Shown here piece after piece: positions 19,469-27,464 of a stretch of 56,917 nucleotides of DNA (position 1 is its first letter; the number at the start of each line of letters is the position of its first letter). The position numbers and the translations under genes were made by a program. The stretch is from a virus (Duplodnaviria; Caudoviricetes), in the IMG/VR virus record IMGVR_UViG_3300035660_000009, positions 1-56,917 of that record, one strand, 5' to 3'. A model generated the notes under the pieces. The model saw only the letters and a list, made by a program, of their open reading frames with translations. It had not been told where the DNA came from and ran no database searches.

Positions 19469-19687
19469 CTACCCCAGAAGTTCGGTGAGTGTTGCCACCG
19501 CTTCCTCTTTGGTCGCGTAACCGTGGCAACCGGACAGACCGTACAACTCAGCCCAATCCTGTGCCTCACGTTTACCCATCCGCAGCAAGATCGAACGTGT
19601 CGCAAGGTCCCTCGTCAACCACTCGGCGAGGGTGTCGATGAACTTCTGTTTGCGAGTCGACCTGTCGGACATGGTACACCTCCTCAT
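19469..19687 (-). CDS. hypothetical protein
   Basis: GAGGAGG upstream of MSDRST. Confidence 0.55.
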   Translation of the reverse strand: MRRCTMSDRSTRKQKFIDTLAEWLTRDLATRSILLRMGKREAQDWAELYGLSGCHGYATKEEAVATLTELLG

Positions 19688-19893
19688 GTACGGGGCACAA
19701 ACGAGACGACCGAATCGATGTCCGCGTCAGCGTAGATGTCAGAGCCGATGAACTCCAGTGCGACCTTGCGAGCTTCCATACGGGAGAGTTTCCTCTCCAT
19801 CCAGAAGTCGAAGGTCGAACCGAGCGCGATAACCCTGTACCAGTAACCCTGGACAAGGCCACCCGTCAGGTTGTGGCTCAGTGGTCCTCTCAT
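19684..19893 (-). CDS. hypothetical protein
   Basis: 69-aa ORF with GGGGAG RBS. Confidence 0.55.
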   Translation of the reverse strand: MRGPLSHNLTGGLVQGYWYRVIALGSTFDFWMERKLSRMEARKVALEFIGSDIYADADIDSVVSFVPRT

Positions 19894-19902
19894 TGTCTCC
19901 CC

Positions 19903-20316
19903 TTACCTTGCACACGCAAGACCTCTGTGCCGACCCACACGCATGTGGAGTTGCCAGAGGGTGTCGTTCGGGGTCATAGACTCCCGACCTGTGTGTCGTC
20001 TGAACGACCTGTTGGAGTGGAACTCACAGAGGTTCCTCCCGTACCACTGAGTGTACCCTCTCTCGAGGGCAAACCCCCATGCCTCCTCCTCTGAGGGGAA
20101 CACCCGACCGAAGTGGTCACCCTTCTGCATGGGTTTCGAGATGTGGTGACCGAGAGGGAACTTGTACACGTCCAACCGCACACCAGGGTTGCCACCCCCC
20201 GTTCGGTGTGCAGTGCTCCAATCCCCGTCCGTAACGACGGTGGTGCCTCCCGTCTGACACGACACACACCAATCCCCGTTCGTGACGGTGGTGTTCTTGC
20301 GAGGGTCCATTACCAT
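19903..20316 (-). CDS. hypothetical protein
   Basis: AGGAGG RBS; promoter motif immediately upstream. Confidence 0.6.
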   Translation of the reverse strand: MVMDPRKNTTVTNGDWCVSCQTGGTTVVTDGDWSTAHRTGGGNPGVRLDVYKFPLGHHISKPMQKGDHFGRVFPSEEEAWGFALERGYTQWYGRNLCEFHSNRSFRRHTGRESMTPNDTLWQLHMRVGRHRGLACAR

Positions 20317-20355
20317 GCCTCCTATTGTGGGCTCGTTATATTATATGGCGACACG

Positions 20356-22329
20356 TCACCCACATCTCGACCACCCACAACCCAAACATTGCTTACACCC
20401 ACCAGCCCTCGCGAGTGGTTCACCACAGTCGGGACAGGTGTCATCCTCCAGTCCGACAATCGCTTCGATCTCCTTGTTGGTAAGACCAACCCCGACTGGT
20501 TCGCCTTTCAGCTCGTTCAGTAGCACTCGAGCAATCGCGTCGGGACACGAGAGGACCTTTGCACCCGTCTTGATGCACGAGTGACACTTGATCCCACGCA
20601 GGTCCTCAGCCACAGTGCGGAGTGAGGTCTTCCCCTGAGCGATGTCACTGAGAAGGATACCCAATGCAGAGGATTGTGAAGGGCACCCCCCTTCCTTCCC
20701 GACTTGTGCGAACACCTCCCTAACTTCCCCGTCCCACTTGTTGACGTGGAGGAATAGGGACCCACACCCGATCTGTTGCTCAACCGTCTTACCCACACGA
20801 CACGGGGGTCGCCTCCCCGTTCCCGCAACCTTGAGGACCTGTCCCTCCCTACACCCGTCCCGGTAGACTGTGATGCCCTTACAACCCAAAGCGTGTGCGA
20901 GGAGGATCGCCTTCCCGATGTCTTCCTTGGTCGCGTCGTGTGGCAGATTTATGGTCTTACTAACACCACCCCCCACGTGCTCCTGAAACGCCGCCTGGAT
21001 CTTGATGTGTTGTTCCCAGGGGACCTCATGCGCAGTTACGAAGTAGTCGGGTACCTTCTCCTTATCCCGAAGCGACCCGTACAGGGGGTGAACCACCTCA
21101 AACTCCTTCTCCAACGATTTCTGTGTGTAGACCCAAGAGAAGTTAGGCTCAATCCCGGAGGAGGTTCCCGCGATGCGAGAGATCGACCCGGTGGGTGCGA
21201 TTGCCAGCAACAGAGCGTTACGTCTCCCCTTGGAACCGTTACCGTGGAGCGGATACGGTCCTCTCTCCTCACCAAGGTGGAGGGACTCGTCTTCAGCGAC
21301 TCGCTGTAGGTTGGTTGACAACTGTTCCGCAAACTTCACAGCGTCTTCGCTATTGTAGGAGACCCGCATCTTTAGGAGAGCGTCAGCAAACCCCATCACA
21401 CCAAGACCGATTGCGCGTGTCTTCGCCGCCGCCTCGGCGAGTTCGGGGAACGGATAGTTTCCCCTATCCACCACCCTATCGAGGAACAGCACGGCCAACC
21501 TAATCACACGTGCGAGGTCGTCCCAGTCCACCTCTCCGTCCTTCACGAACTTCGCCACGTCGATGCTCCCGAGATTACACACAGATGGTGAGGGAAGTGG
21601 AATCTCCCCACACGGATTCGTCGCAACGATCGGACCTAGCGACGGAACGGGGTTGTCCCTGTTGATCCTGTCGTAAAAAAGAACACCGGGTTCACCCGTC
21701 ATCCACGCGCTCTCAACAATCTTATCGAAGAGCTTGCGTGCCTCGAACGCATCGTCTGGGGGTTGTGCCGAGAAGAACTTGTCGGGTATCATCACGGAGA
21801 GGTTGAAGTTCTGGAGTTGGGAGGTGTCCCTCTTCGCAGTGATGAACTCCTCCACATCGGGGTGACTGATGTCCATCACACCCATGTTCGCACCCCGCCT
21901 ACGCCCACCCTGTTTGATTGCTACGGTAGTCGCATCAAACATCTTCAGGAACGCGAGGGGACCGGACGCCTCACCCCCACTACCGACCTTCGACCCGCGA
22001 GGACGCAGTGAGGAGAACGAGAATCCAGTTCCGCCGCCTTGAGAATGGATCTTCGCCATCTTGTACTGCGCAGTAAGGATGGACTCCATCGAGTCTTCCA
22101 GTCGCACCACGAAACACGCGCTGAGACAACCATTCGTCGCACCCGCGTTCATCAGGGTGGGTGAGTTGGGAAGGAACCTGAGTTTCTTCATCTCCTCGAG
22201 GACATCAGACCGAACGTGCTCGGGTTCGTCCTGTAGGACGTAGTCCACCACCCTCTGGAACATCCCCTCAACGGTTTCGTCACCGTGGAGGTACACGGTA
22301 CGGAGTAGATTCTCAGTTAGTGGATCCAC
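20356..22329 (-). CDS. nrdJ: class II (adenosylcobalamin-dependent) ribonucleotide reductase
   Basis: FLPNSPTLMNAG, LSACFV, QGGRRRGANMG, TNPCGE, APTG, SKTIN; C-terminal SCPDA and Zn ribbon; no beta-subunit gene nearby. Confidence 0.92.
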   Translation of the reverse strand: MDPLTENLLRTVYLHGDETVEGMFQRVVDYVLQDEPEHVRSDVLEEMKKLRFLPNSPTLMNAGATNGCLSACFVVRLEDSMESILTAQYKMAKIHSQGGGTGFSFSSLRPRGSKVGSGGEASGPLAFLKMFDATTVAIKQGGRRRGANMGVMDISHPDVEEFITAKRDTSQLQNFNLSVMIPDKFFSAQPPDDAFEARKLFDKIVESAWMTGEPGVLFYDRINRDNPVPSLGPIVATNPCGEIPLPSPSVCNLGSIDVAKFVKDGEVDWDDLARVIRLAVLFLDRVVDRGNYPFPELAEAAAKTRAIGLGVMGFADALLKMRVSYNSEDAVKFAEQLSTNLQRVAEDESLHLGEERGPYPLHGNGSKGRRNALLLAIAPTGSISRIAGTSSGIEPNFSWVYTQKSLEKEFEVVHPLYGSLRDKEKVPDYFVTAHEVPWEQHIKIQAAFQEHVGGGVSKTINLPHDATKEDIGKAILLAHALGCKGITVYRDGCREGQVLKVAGTGRRPPCRVGKTVEQQIGCGSLFLHVNKWDGEVREVFAQVGKEGGCPSQSSALGILLSDIAQGKTSLRTVAEDLRGIKCHSCIKTGAKVLSCPDAIARVLLNELKGEPVGVGLTNKEIEAIVGLEDDTCPDCGEPLARAGGCKQCLGCGWSRCG

Positions 22330-22573
22330 TTCCCTCTCCTTGCCTACACCTCTTGCAGTGGAACCTCTTGTACGTACGCCACCTCTTAGGATCCTCACAG
22401 CACATGCGCACCCGAGTTGCACACCCGTGCTCGACCCCCTCCACAGCAAACCGGGCGTCCCGCCACCAAACGATGTCTCCCACCTCGGGTGCTCTACCGA
22501 GGAGCCTCTCAACGAGGTTCGCGATCGTTGTGCAGCTACCGCACACCCTACCAATACGACGCGTGGTTCTCAC
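22313..22573 (-). CDS. small Cys-rich hypothetical protein
   Basis: Fills the gap between neighbours; two CxxC motifs. Confidence 0.45.
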   Translation of the reverse strand: MRTTRRIGRVCGSCTTIANLVERLLGRAPEVGDIVWWRDARFAVEGVEHGCATRVRMCCEDPKRWRTYKRFHCKRCRQGEGSGSTN

Positions 22574-22574
22574 G

Positions 22575-23333
22575 CTACGCTCCCTTCGAGAGGACCTTTA
22601 CCACTTCCTTCTTCGACGCGACATTCATTGCAACGAAGCCACCACCAGCCAACTGCATCTTCAAATCAGGTGGCAGACCTGAGAGCAGTGTCTCCGGTGA
22701 GAGGGCTCGCCAGACACCGAGAACGTGCCCGAGACCAATAGTCATCAAGGCCAGTCCCTGGTCTCCCATCGCCGCACCCATCTCCAGATAGTTGTGTTCA
22801 CGGTGGTCAAACCATCCGGGGAACTCGCTCCGTGCCAAGCGCTCGAAGACTTCAGCACTCGCACCCGGCTTACTCGCAACCTTGAAGAACGTCAGGTCAA
22901 CCGTGTGACCCGCGGGTTGTAGGTCCTTAGCATCAGCGGGTGCATCGATGCACCTCCCACAGGTGCACGGACCACGAATCGCAAAGGCCATAACGTAATC
23001 AGCTAGCTTTCCCATGGCCATCCCCTTACCAGAAGATGTCTCCCTATCGAAACAAACCAAGTTCGCACCACCCGCGTGGTGGAACGACAAACGCGCGTCA
23101 TGTCTCCTGGCGGCTATGTTGAGGTGGCCACGGAACGACAAGTACTCGTCAACGGGTCGCGCAAAGGAACCAACAGATGCGATTTGCAGTATTGCGAGTT
23201 CAGATCTAGTGGGTACATCCTCCAGGTAGGCGTGGTGCAGCACATCCCAGTCAAACCAGACTTCAGACTTACCCGTGCCACGGAGTGTCACGTCGATGAA
23301 CTCGTGAAGCCTTCGTTGGGTGAAGTCACTCAT
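22575..23333 (-). CDS. hypothetical protein (possibly two fused genes)
   Basis: Start at MSDFTQ; internal MAMGK start followed by CTCGRC. Confidence 0.55.
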   Translation of the reverse strand: MSDFTQRRLHEFIDVTLRGTGKSEVWFDWDVLHHAYLEDVPTRSELAILQIASVGSFARPVDEYLSFRGHLNIAARRHDARLSFHHAGGANLVCFDRETSSGKGMAMGKLADYVMAFAIRGPCTCGRCIDAPADAKDLQPAGHTVDLTFFKVASKPGASAEVFERLARSEFPGWFDHREHNYLEMGAAMGDQGLALMTIGLGHVLGVWRALSPETLLSGLPPDLKMQLAGGGFVAMNVASKKEVVKVLSKGA

Positions 23334-23928
23334 GCTTTCCCACCCACTCGCTAACAAACCCGTCCTTCCACACGTACTCCTCACCACACACCGCACACCT
23401 CGCGATGGACTTGTCCAGTGGGAAACTCAACCCCGCAGCACACTTGCACACCCAACCGCGTGGACGGGCGGGCACACCTATTACCTTGGTGAAGTCGAGT
23501 ACGTCCTCCACCACGACCGCACCAGCCGCGACGAACGCATAGCGACCAATGTTGTGACCACAGACGATCGTGGCGTTCGCACCAATAGTCGCACCCCTCT
23601 TGACGATCGTCGTTCGAAACTCGCTCTTGCACTCGATGAACGCCCTAGGGTTGTACACGTTAGTGAACACGACGTGGGGTCCGATGAACACGTCGGGGTC
23701 GAGAGTAACACCCTCGAAGACCTGCGCGCCGTTCTGGATCTTACACCCGTCACCGACTACGACACCCTTTCCGATGAAGACGTTCTCCCCGATGATGCAG
23801 TTCTTGCCAATCACCACACCCTCCATCACGTGGGAGTTACGCCAGATCTTCGTCCCCCGCTCAAGGTGGACGGAGTCGTCAACGAGAGCGGTGGGGTCGA
23901 TGTAGACGTTACTCTGTTTTTGGTCCAC
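23326..23928 (-). CDS. hexapeptide-repeat nucleotide-sugar N-acetyltransferase (WbpD/WxcM-like)
   Basis: GTKIW...IGKNC.IG.NVFIG..VVVGDGCKIQN...FTNVYNPR...GATIGANATIVCG...GVPAR..GWVC.C. Confidence 0.85.
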   Translation of the reverse strand: MDQKQSNVYIDPTALVDDSVHLERGTKIWRNSHVMEGVVIGKNCIIGENVFIGKGVVVGDGCKIQNGAQVFEGVTLDPDVFIGPHVVFTNVYNPRAFIECKSEFRTTIVKRGATIGANATIVCGHNIGRYAFVAAGAVVVEDVLDFTKVIGVPARPRGWVCKCAAGLSFPLDKSIARCAVCGEEYVWKDGFVSEWVGKHE

Positions 23929-24256
23929 GGGATTGGCCCTTCAGGTCGGGGAACAACTCGCTAACGAGTCTCTCCACTGAGGGGAGTGCTTCCATGAAAG
24001 CCTCGTTCGAAACCTCGTCACCCGCACGGGTGAAAGCACTCACCCCCTCACTCTCGAGAGTCTCACGCACCACCCGGAGGGCGGCACTCCGACTTTTTGG
24101 TAAACGGTCAACACCGAAGACTGCAGCATGGTACCCAAGCAACGAAACCACGTCGTTGAAAGTCAGGTGGGAGGTGATGTGTGCCTGGACGGTTACCCGA
24201 ACCGACCCGTCACGTCGTGGGGTTGCTCTCACGTCACTCCCTCCCAGGGTTTGCAT
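23909..24256 (-). CDS. hypothetical protein
   Basis: Tightly packed ORF on the gene strand. Confidence 0.5.
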   Translation of the reverse strand: MQTLGGSDVRATPRRDGSVRVTVQAHITSHLTFNDVVSLLGYHAAVFGVDRLPKSRSAALRVVRETLESEGVSAFTRAGDEVSNEAFMEALPSVERLVSELFPDLKGQSRGPKTE

Positions 24257-24564
24257 ATGGTGCAGACCATGTACATCCTCTCCCTACTACGACCGAACTC
24301 CCGGCAGTCCGTCTTGAGTACGAGATTTCCACACCAGGAACACCTCACCTGACCGACCCGAGTACGGAGGGCGCCAATAGCGGTCAGGGCCACCTGGAGG
24401 GGGGTCGATCTGTACTTGATCGCGGACAAGAGGCTGTCGTCGCTGAGTGACCTCAACAAGATATCCGCGGTCTCAGGGCTGTGCCCTTCCTTCAGACACG
24501 CCTCACGGATATCCCGTTTGTAGTTTTTGAACACCGCTAGGTCCTTCCGGAGCACGCGAGGCAA
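24229..24564 (-). CDS. hypothetical protein with C-terminal CxxC pair
   Basis: CSWC...CTIC. Confidence 0.55.
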   Translation of the reverse strand: MPRVLRKDLAVFKNYKRDIREACLKEGHSPETADILLRSLSDDSLLSAIKYRSTPLQVALTAIGALRTRVGQVRCSWCGNLVLKTDCREFGRSRERMYMVCTICKPWEGVT

Positions 24565-24827
24565 TAGCCGCTACTGGTTTGGAGTGACTTCGGGAGGGGT
24601 TGGTGGCAACCGGGACAAACGAACGCCTCGACCTCATGCATCGACATCACATGTGCTCCGTCGAGTGTGCGGAGGGACTCTCCGGTCTGGACCAACGTGT
24701 GACCGAGACTCCTAAGAGTACGGAGACGCTCACCCCTCTCCTCCGGTAGGTGTGACACGAGAGTAACCCACCCACCGATCTGGATCGCTAGTGCCTTCGT
24801 ATCCAGGTCCTCGAGTTTCACCTTCAC
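24537..24827 (-). CDS. hypothetical protein with C-terminal Zn ribbon
   Basis: AAGGAGG RBS with promoter motif upstream; CPGC...CLAC. Confidence 0.6.
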   Translation of the reverse strand: MKVKLEDLDTKALAIQIGGWVTLVSHLPEERGERLRTLRSLGHTLVQTGESLRTLDGAHVMSMHEVEAFVCPGCHQPLPKSLQTSSGYCLACSGRT

Positions 24828-24867
24828 ACCCTCCTTGTTATATTATATGGCGACCCGAGAGGTGGAC

Positions 24868-25308
24868 TCACCCACGTTCGAGTTCCTTCCTCACCTTCGC
24901 CCAGTAGTCATCCGTAGTTTGCTTTCGCCAGCCATCCGGTCCTCCGTTCCAGATCCGAGCAAGTACCTCGAAGGGTACGCGACCAACCTTGTACCGCTTA
25001 CAATACCGTGCACCGTAGAACCCAAGGTATACACCAAACATCTCGCAACTCTTCTCCACGGAGAGACGGTCATCGAGCGTCCACCGCCTCACGTCACCCG
25101 CTAGTTTCGCTATCCGGTTGCAGTCAATAACAGTCTTCACACGGATCTGCACGATCCCACGCGAGTCGCGATCGTTTGTCTTCGGGTTCAGGTCTCCGTG
25201 AGACTCGACCTGGACAACCGCGTTCCACAGTGTGTCGAGTGGGTTCCCGGGGGTCGACAGACACGGTACGAGCAAGGCGAGATGGGCGAGTTGTAGTGTG
25301 TTCGTCAC
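24868..25308 (-). CDS. lysozyme-fold peptidoglycan hydrolase (i-type/destabilase-like)
   Basis: QVES..G, GIVQI and LARIWNGGP.G.....T..YW.KV; hydrophobic N-terminus. Confidence 0.75.
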   Translation of the reverse strand: MTNTLQLAHLALLVPCLSTPGNPLDTLWNAVVQVESHGDLNPKTNDRDSRGIVQIRVKTVIDCNRIAKLAGDVRRWTLDDRLSVEKSCEMFGVYLGFYGARYCKRYKVGRVPFEVLARIWNGGPDGWRKQTTDDYWAKVRKELERG

Positions 25309-25309
25309 G

Positions 25310-25651
25310 TTACCCCAACCAGTGGGAAACCTCTTCCCTCGTGGTGGGTGCCCACTTCGGGTCGAGGGGTATCTCCCCATCCCAATCGAAGGTAACCACA
25401 CTGTACTCACCTTCAGAGTCGATTTCGACCCACCGAATGTTTCTCGGTATAACGTCCAGAAGCCTCACCCGCAGAGCACTGATTGCCTGCTGGACGTAAC
25501 ACTCGATCCCGTTCGTCATCGACATCACGGGTGCGTTGGGGTCGGCCAAGGCAAGGACCACCGTCCATCCCAACCCGTCAGGGTTCCCATATTGCAGAGT
25601 AACCGCGGCAGGTCTCCCATGGGAGTCTCTGAACACGTACCCGAGTTGCAT
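25310..25651 (-). CDS. hypothetical protein
   Basis: SMTNGIE...IRWVE motif; AGGAGG RBS. Confidence 0.55.
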   Translation of the reverse strand: MQLGYVFRDSHGRPAAVTLQYGNPDGLGWTVVLALADPNAPVMSMTNGIECYVQQAISALRVRLLDVIPRNIRWVEIDSEGEYSVVTFDWDGEIPLDPKWAPTTREEVSHWLG

Positions 25652-25787
25652 CACAATCAACCCTCCTACCAGAGAAGTGCAAAGAGAACGACCAGGGAGA
25701 GGAAAATGAACGCAACCACGAGGCGGAGGACCAGCGTGGGTACCTCCTTCCACACAACTCGTAGAAGCCAACCCATCGTGCGTTCCT

Positions 25788-26408
25788 TTACGAGAACATC
25801 CCCGGAAACTCGACACCCTCTGCCTCACCAGCAGCACCCTCCAGTTCATCCGCGAACGCGTTGAGGTCGTTGATAGACTCGTTCAGTTCGTCATCTTCCT
25901 CCAACTTCGCCACTTGTTCCTCGACTGCTCTCTTCGCCGCATTGAGCATAGCGCATGCTTCCTCACAGCGCGCGGACCGACTGCCAAGACCCTGACCCGG
26001 GCGGAAGAATACGGTCAACCCCTCGGCAACCTGTGGTATGTCGGACCGGTTCAGACCACCGAGCATCCCACTCGCTTCCTCCAGTGCTTGCCCCTTATCA
26101 CCTTGCTGAAACTGCTCGGGAAGGTTGCTGTACCAGTCGTCCATCTCACCCTGGAGAGTCTCGAACTCACAGAAGGCGTCCTCGACGAGGGCACCGACGG
26201 TAGTGGTGTACATCGTGCGCTCCATCTCAGCGAACTGTTCGCCAGTTGGGAGGTCGACCAGGAGGCGGAACTTCTGCCACTGCTTCCTCTCACGTGGTAG
26301 AACCTCCAAGATGGCCAGGTGGGAGAGAACGGGTACCGCGTCTCGACCGCCGAACAACTTCTTGAGTGCGGCAGCTGTGACCACGTCACCCTTCTTCGGT
26401 GTTGACAC
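25788..26408 (-). CDS. acidic helical hypothetical protein
   Basis: EMDDW..NLPE.FQ...VEFPGMF. Confidence 0.65.
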   Translation of the reverse strand: MSTPKKGDVVTAAALKKLFGGRDAVPVLSHLAILEVLPRERKQWQKFRLLVDLPTGEQFAEMERTMYTTTVGALVEDAFCEFETLQGEMDDWYSNLPEQFQQGDKGQALEEASGMLGGLNRSDIPQVAEGLTVFFRPGQGLGSRSARCEEACAMLNAAKRAVEEQVAKLEEDDELNESINDLNAFADELEGAAGEAEGVEFPGMFS

Positions 26409-26418
26409 GCGAATCCCC

Positions 26419-26913
26419 TTACACCCTCAGTTCCCACACGAAGTTGAACTGCTTCGACCGGACCAAGCCGTGCGACAGGAACACGTCCTCCAACTTGGGA
26501 ATGTTCCCACCCATCGCGTTGAGTTGGCACGTGAACACCGCACCGACGGGACGTTCACCACGTTCGTTGGGCTTGTCGTCGACGAGTGGGAGGTTGTGTT
26601 TCCTGAGAAACATCCTCACAAAGGTGAGCAACGTATCGAGGTGGTCGGGGTCCCAGCTGAACCGGATCCCCTCCTCGTAGTCGTACGCGAGTTCCCCATG
26701 AGGGAACTGGAGAAGCACCTGCCAGTCGGCGTCACGCTCGAGGTGGTCGGGAACCTGGTGGCCAAACTGCTTCCTCAACTCCGACCGAACCCAGGTCGCT
26801 CTGAGGCACAGGTTCGCGTGAACCCTCAGCGTTACCGGGTTGCCACCGATGGTCGCTATCACCCGTTCCATCGCCATGTCTCCTTTCTCATCTCCGCTCG
26901 AACCTCGGTACAC
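26419..26913 (-). CDS. hypothetical protein
   Basis: AAAGGAG before MAMERV. Confidence 0.55.
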   Translation of the reverse strand: MYRGSSGDEKGDMAMERVIATIGGNPVTLRVHANLCLRATWVRSELRKQFGHQVPDHLERDADWQVLLQFPHGELAYDYEEGIRFSWDPDHLDTLLTFVRMFLRKHNLPLVDDKPNERGERPVGAVFTCQLNAMGGNIPKLEDVFLSHGLVRSKQFNFVWELRV

Positions 26914-27059
26914 GATTTACCTGTGCGAAGGCACCTGTACCCGATCCCGTTGAGGTCGCCAATGGAGCACTCAAAGTGGTCAGGTGATGAGAGCGACCTA
27001 ACATGCTCTCGCACCTGTCTAGCGGAACTGAACCTTTCGCCACACCAACAGTGCTTCAC
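26859..27059 (-). CDS. small Zn-finger-like protein
   Basis: CWC...H...H; GAGGAGG RBS and promoter motif upstream. Confidence 0.55.
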   Translation of the reverse strand: MKHCWCGERFSSARQVREHVRSLSSPDHFECSIGDLNGIGYRCLRTGKSCTEVRAEMRKETWRWNG

Positions 27060-27125
27060 CGGAGTGCCTCCTCTTACACCTCGTTATATTATATGGCGAC
27101 CGGAGGGTGGAAAACGTACTTGTCC

Positions 27126-27464
27126 CTACCCCAACTCACTCACATCATGACCCAACTTCCGCAACCAGTCCGCTAACAGATGCCGGTGGCAGTGCTTGTC
27201 AGGTCCCTCCCAACAAAGGAGCACCATACCATCCCTTAGTAGACCCTCCACCCGACCAACCCCGAGGTGGTCGAGTTGAGTTACGTACTGCTTAGCGTAG
27301 TCCTCCCAACTAAGACCGTGGTACTTGTAATCCGCCACCAGGTCCCATGGTGGGGTAAGTTCCGGGATCGCTGGAAGGTTCGGAAGCCACCAGTTACGTC
27401 CCCCGATGGAGACAGCGTTCGGGTGCTTACCGTGCTTCGCGAAGTAACTGGTGCAGAGTTTCAC
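27126..27464 (-). CDS. DUF488-family protein
   Basis: TSYFA...VSI...L.PPW.L...Y...Y...L...VLLCWE....CHRHLLA.WL. Confidence 0.8.
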   Translation of the reverse strand: MKLCTSYFAKHGKHPNAVSIGGRNWWLPNLPAIPELTPPWDLVADYKYHGLSWEDYAKQYVTQLDHLGVGRVEGLLRDGMVLLCWEGPDKHCHRHLLADWLRKLGHDVSELG

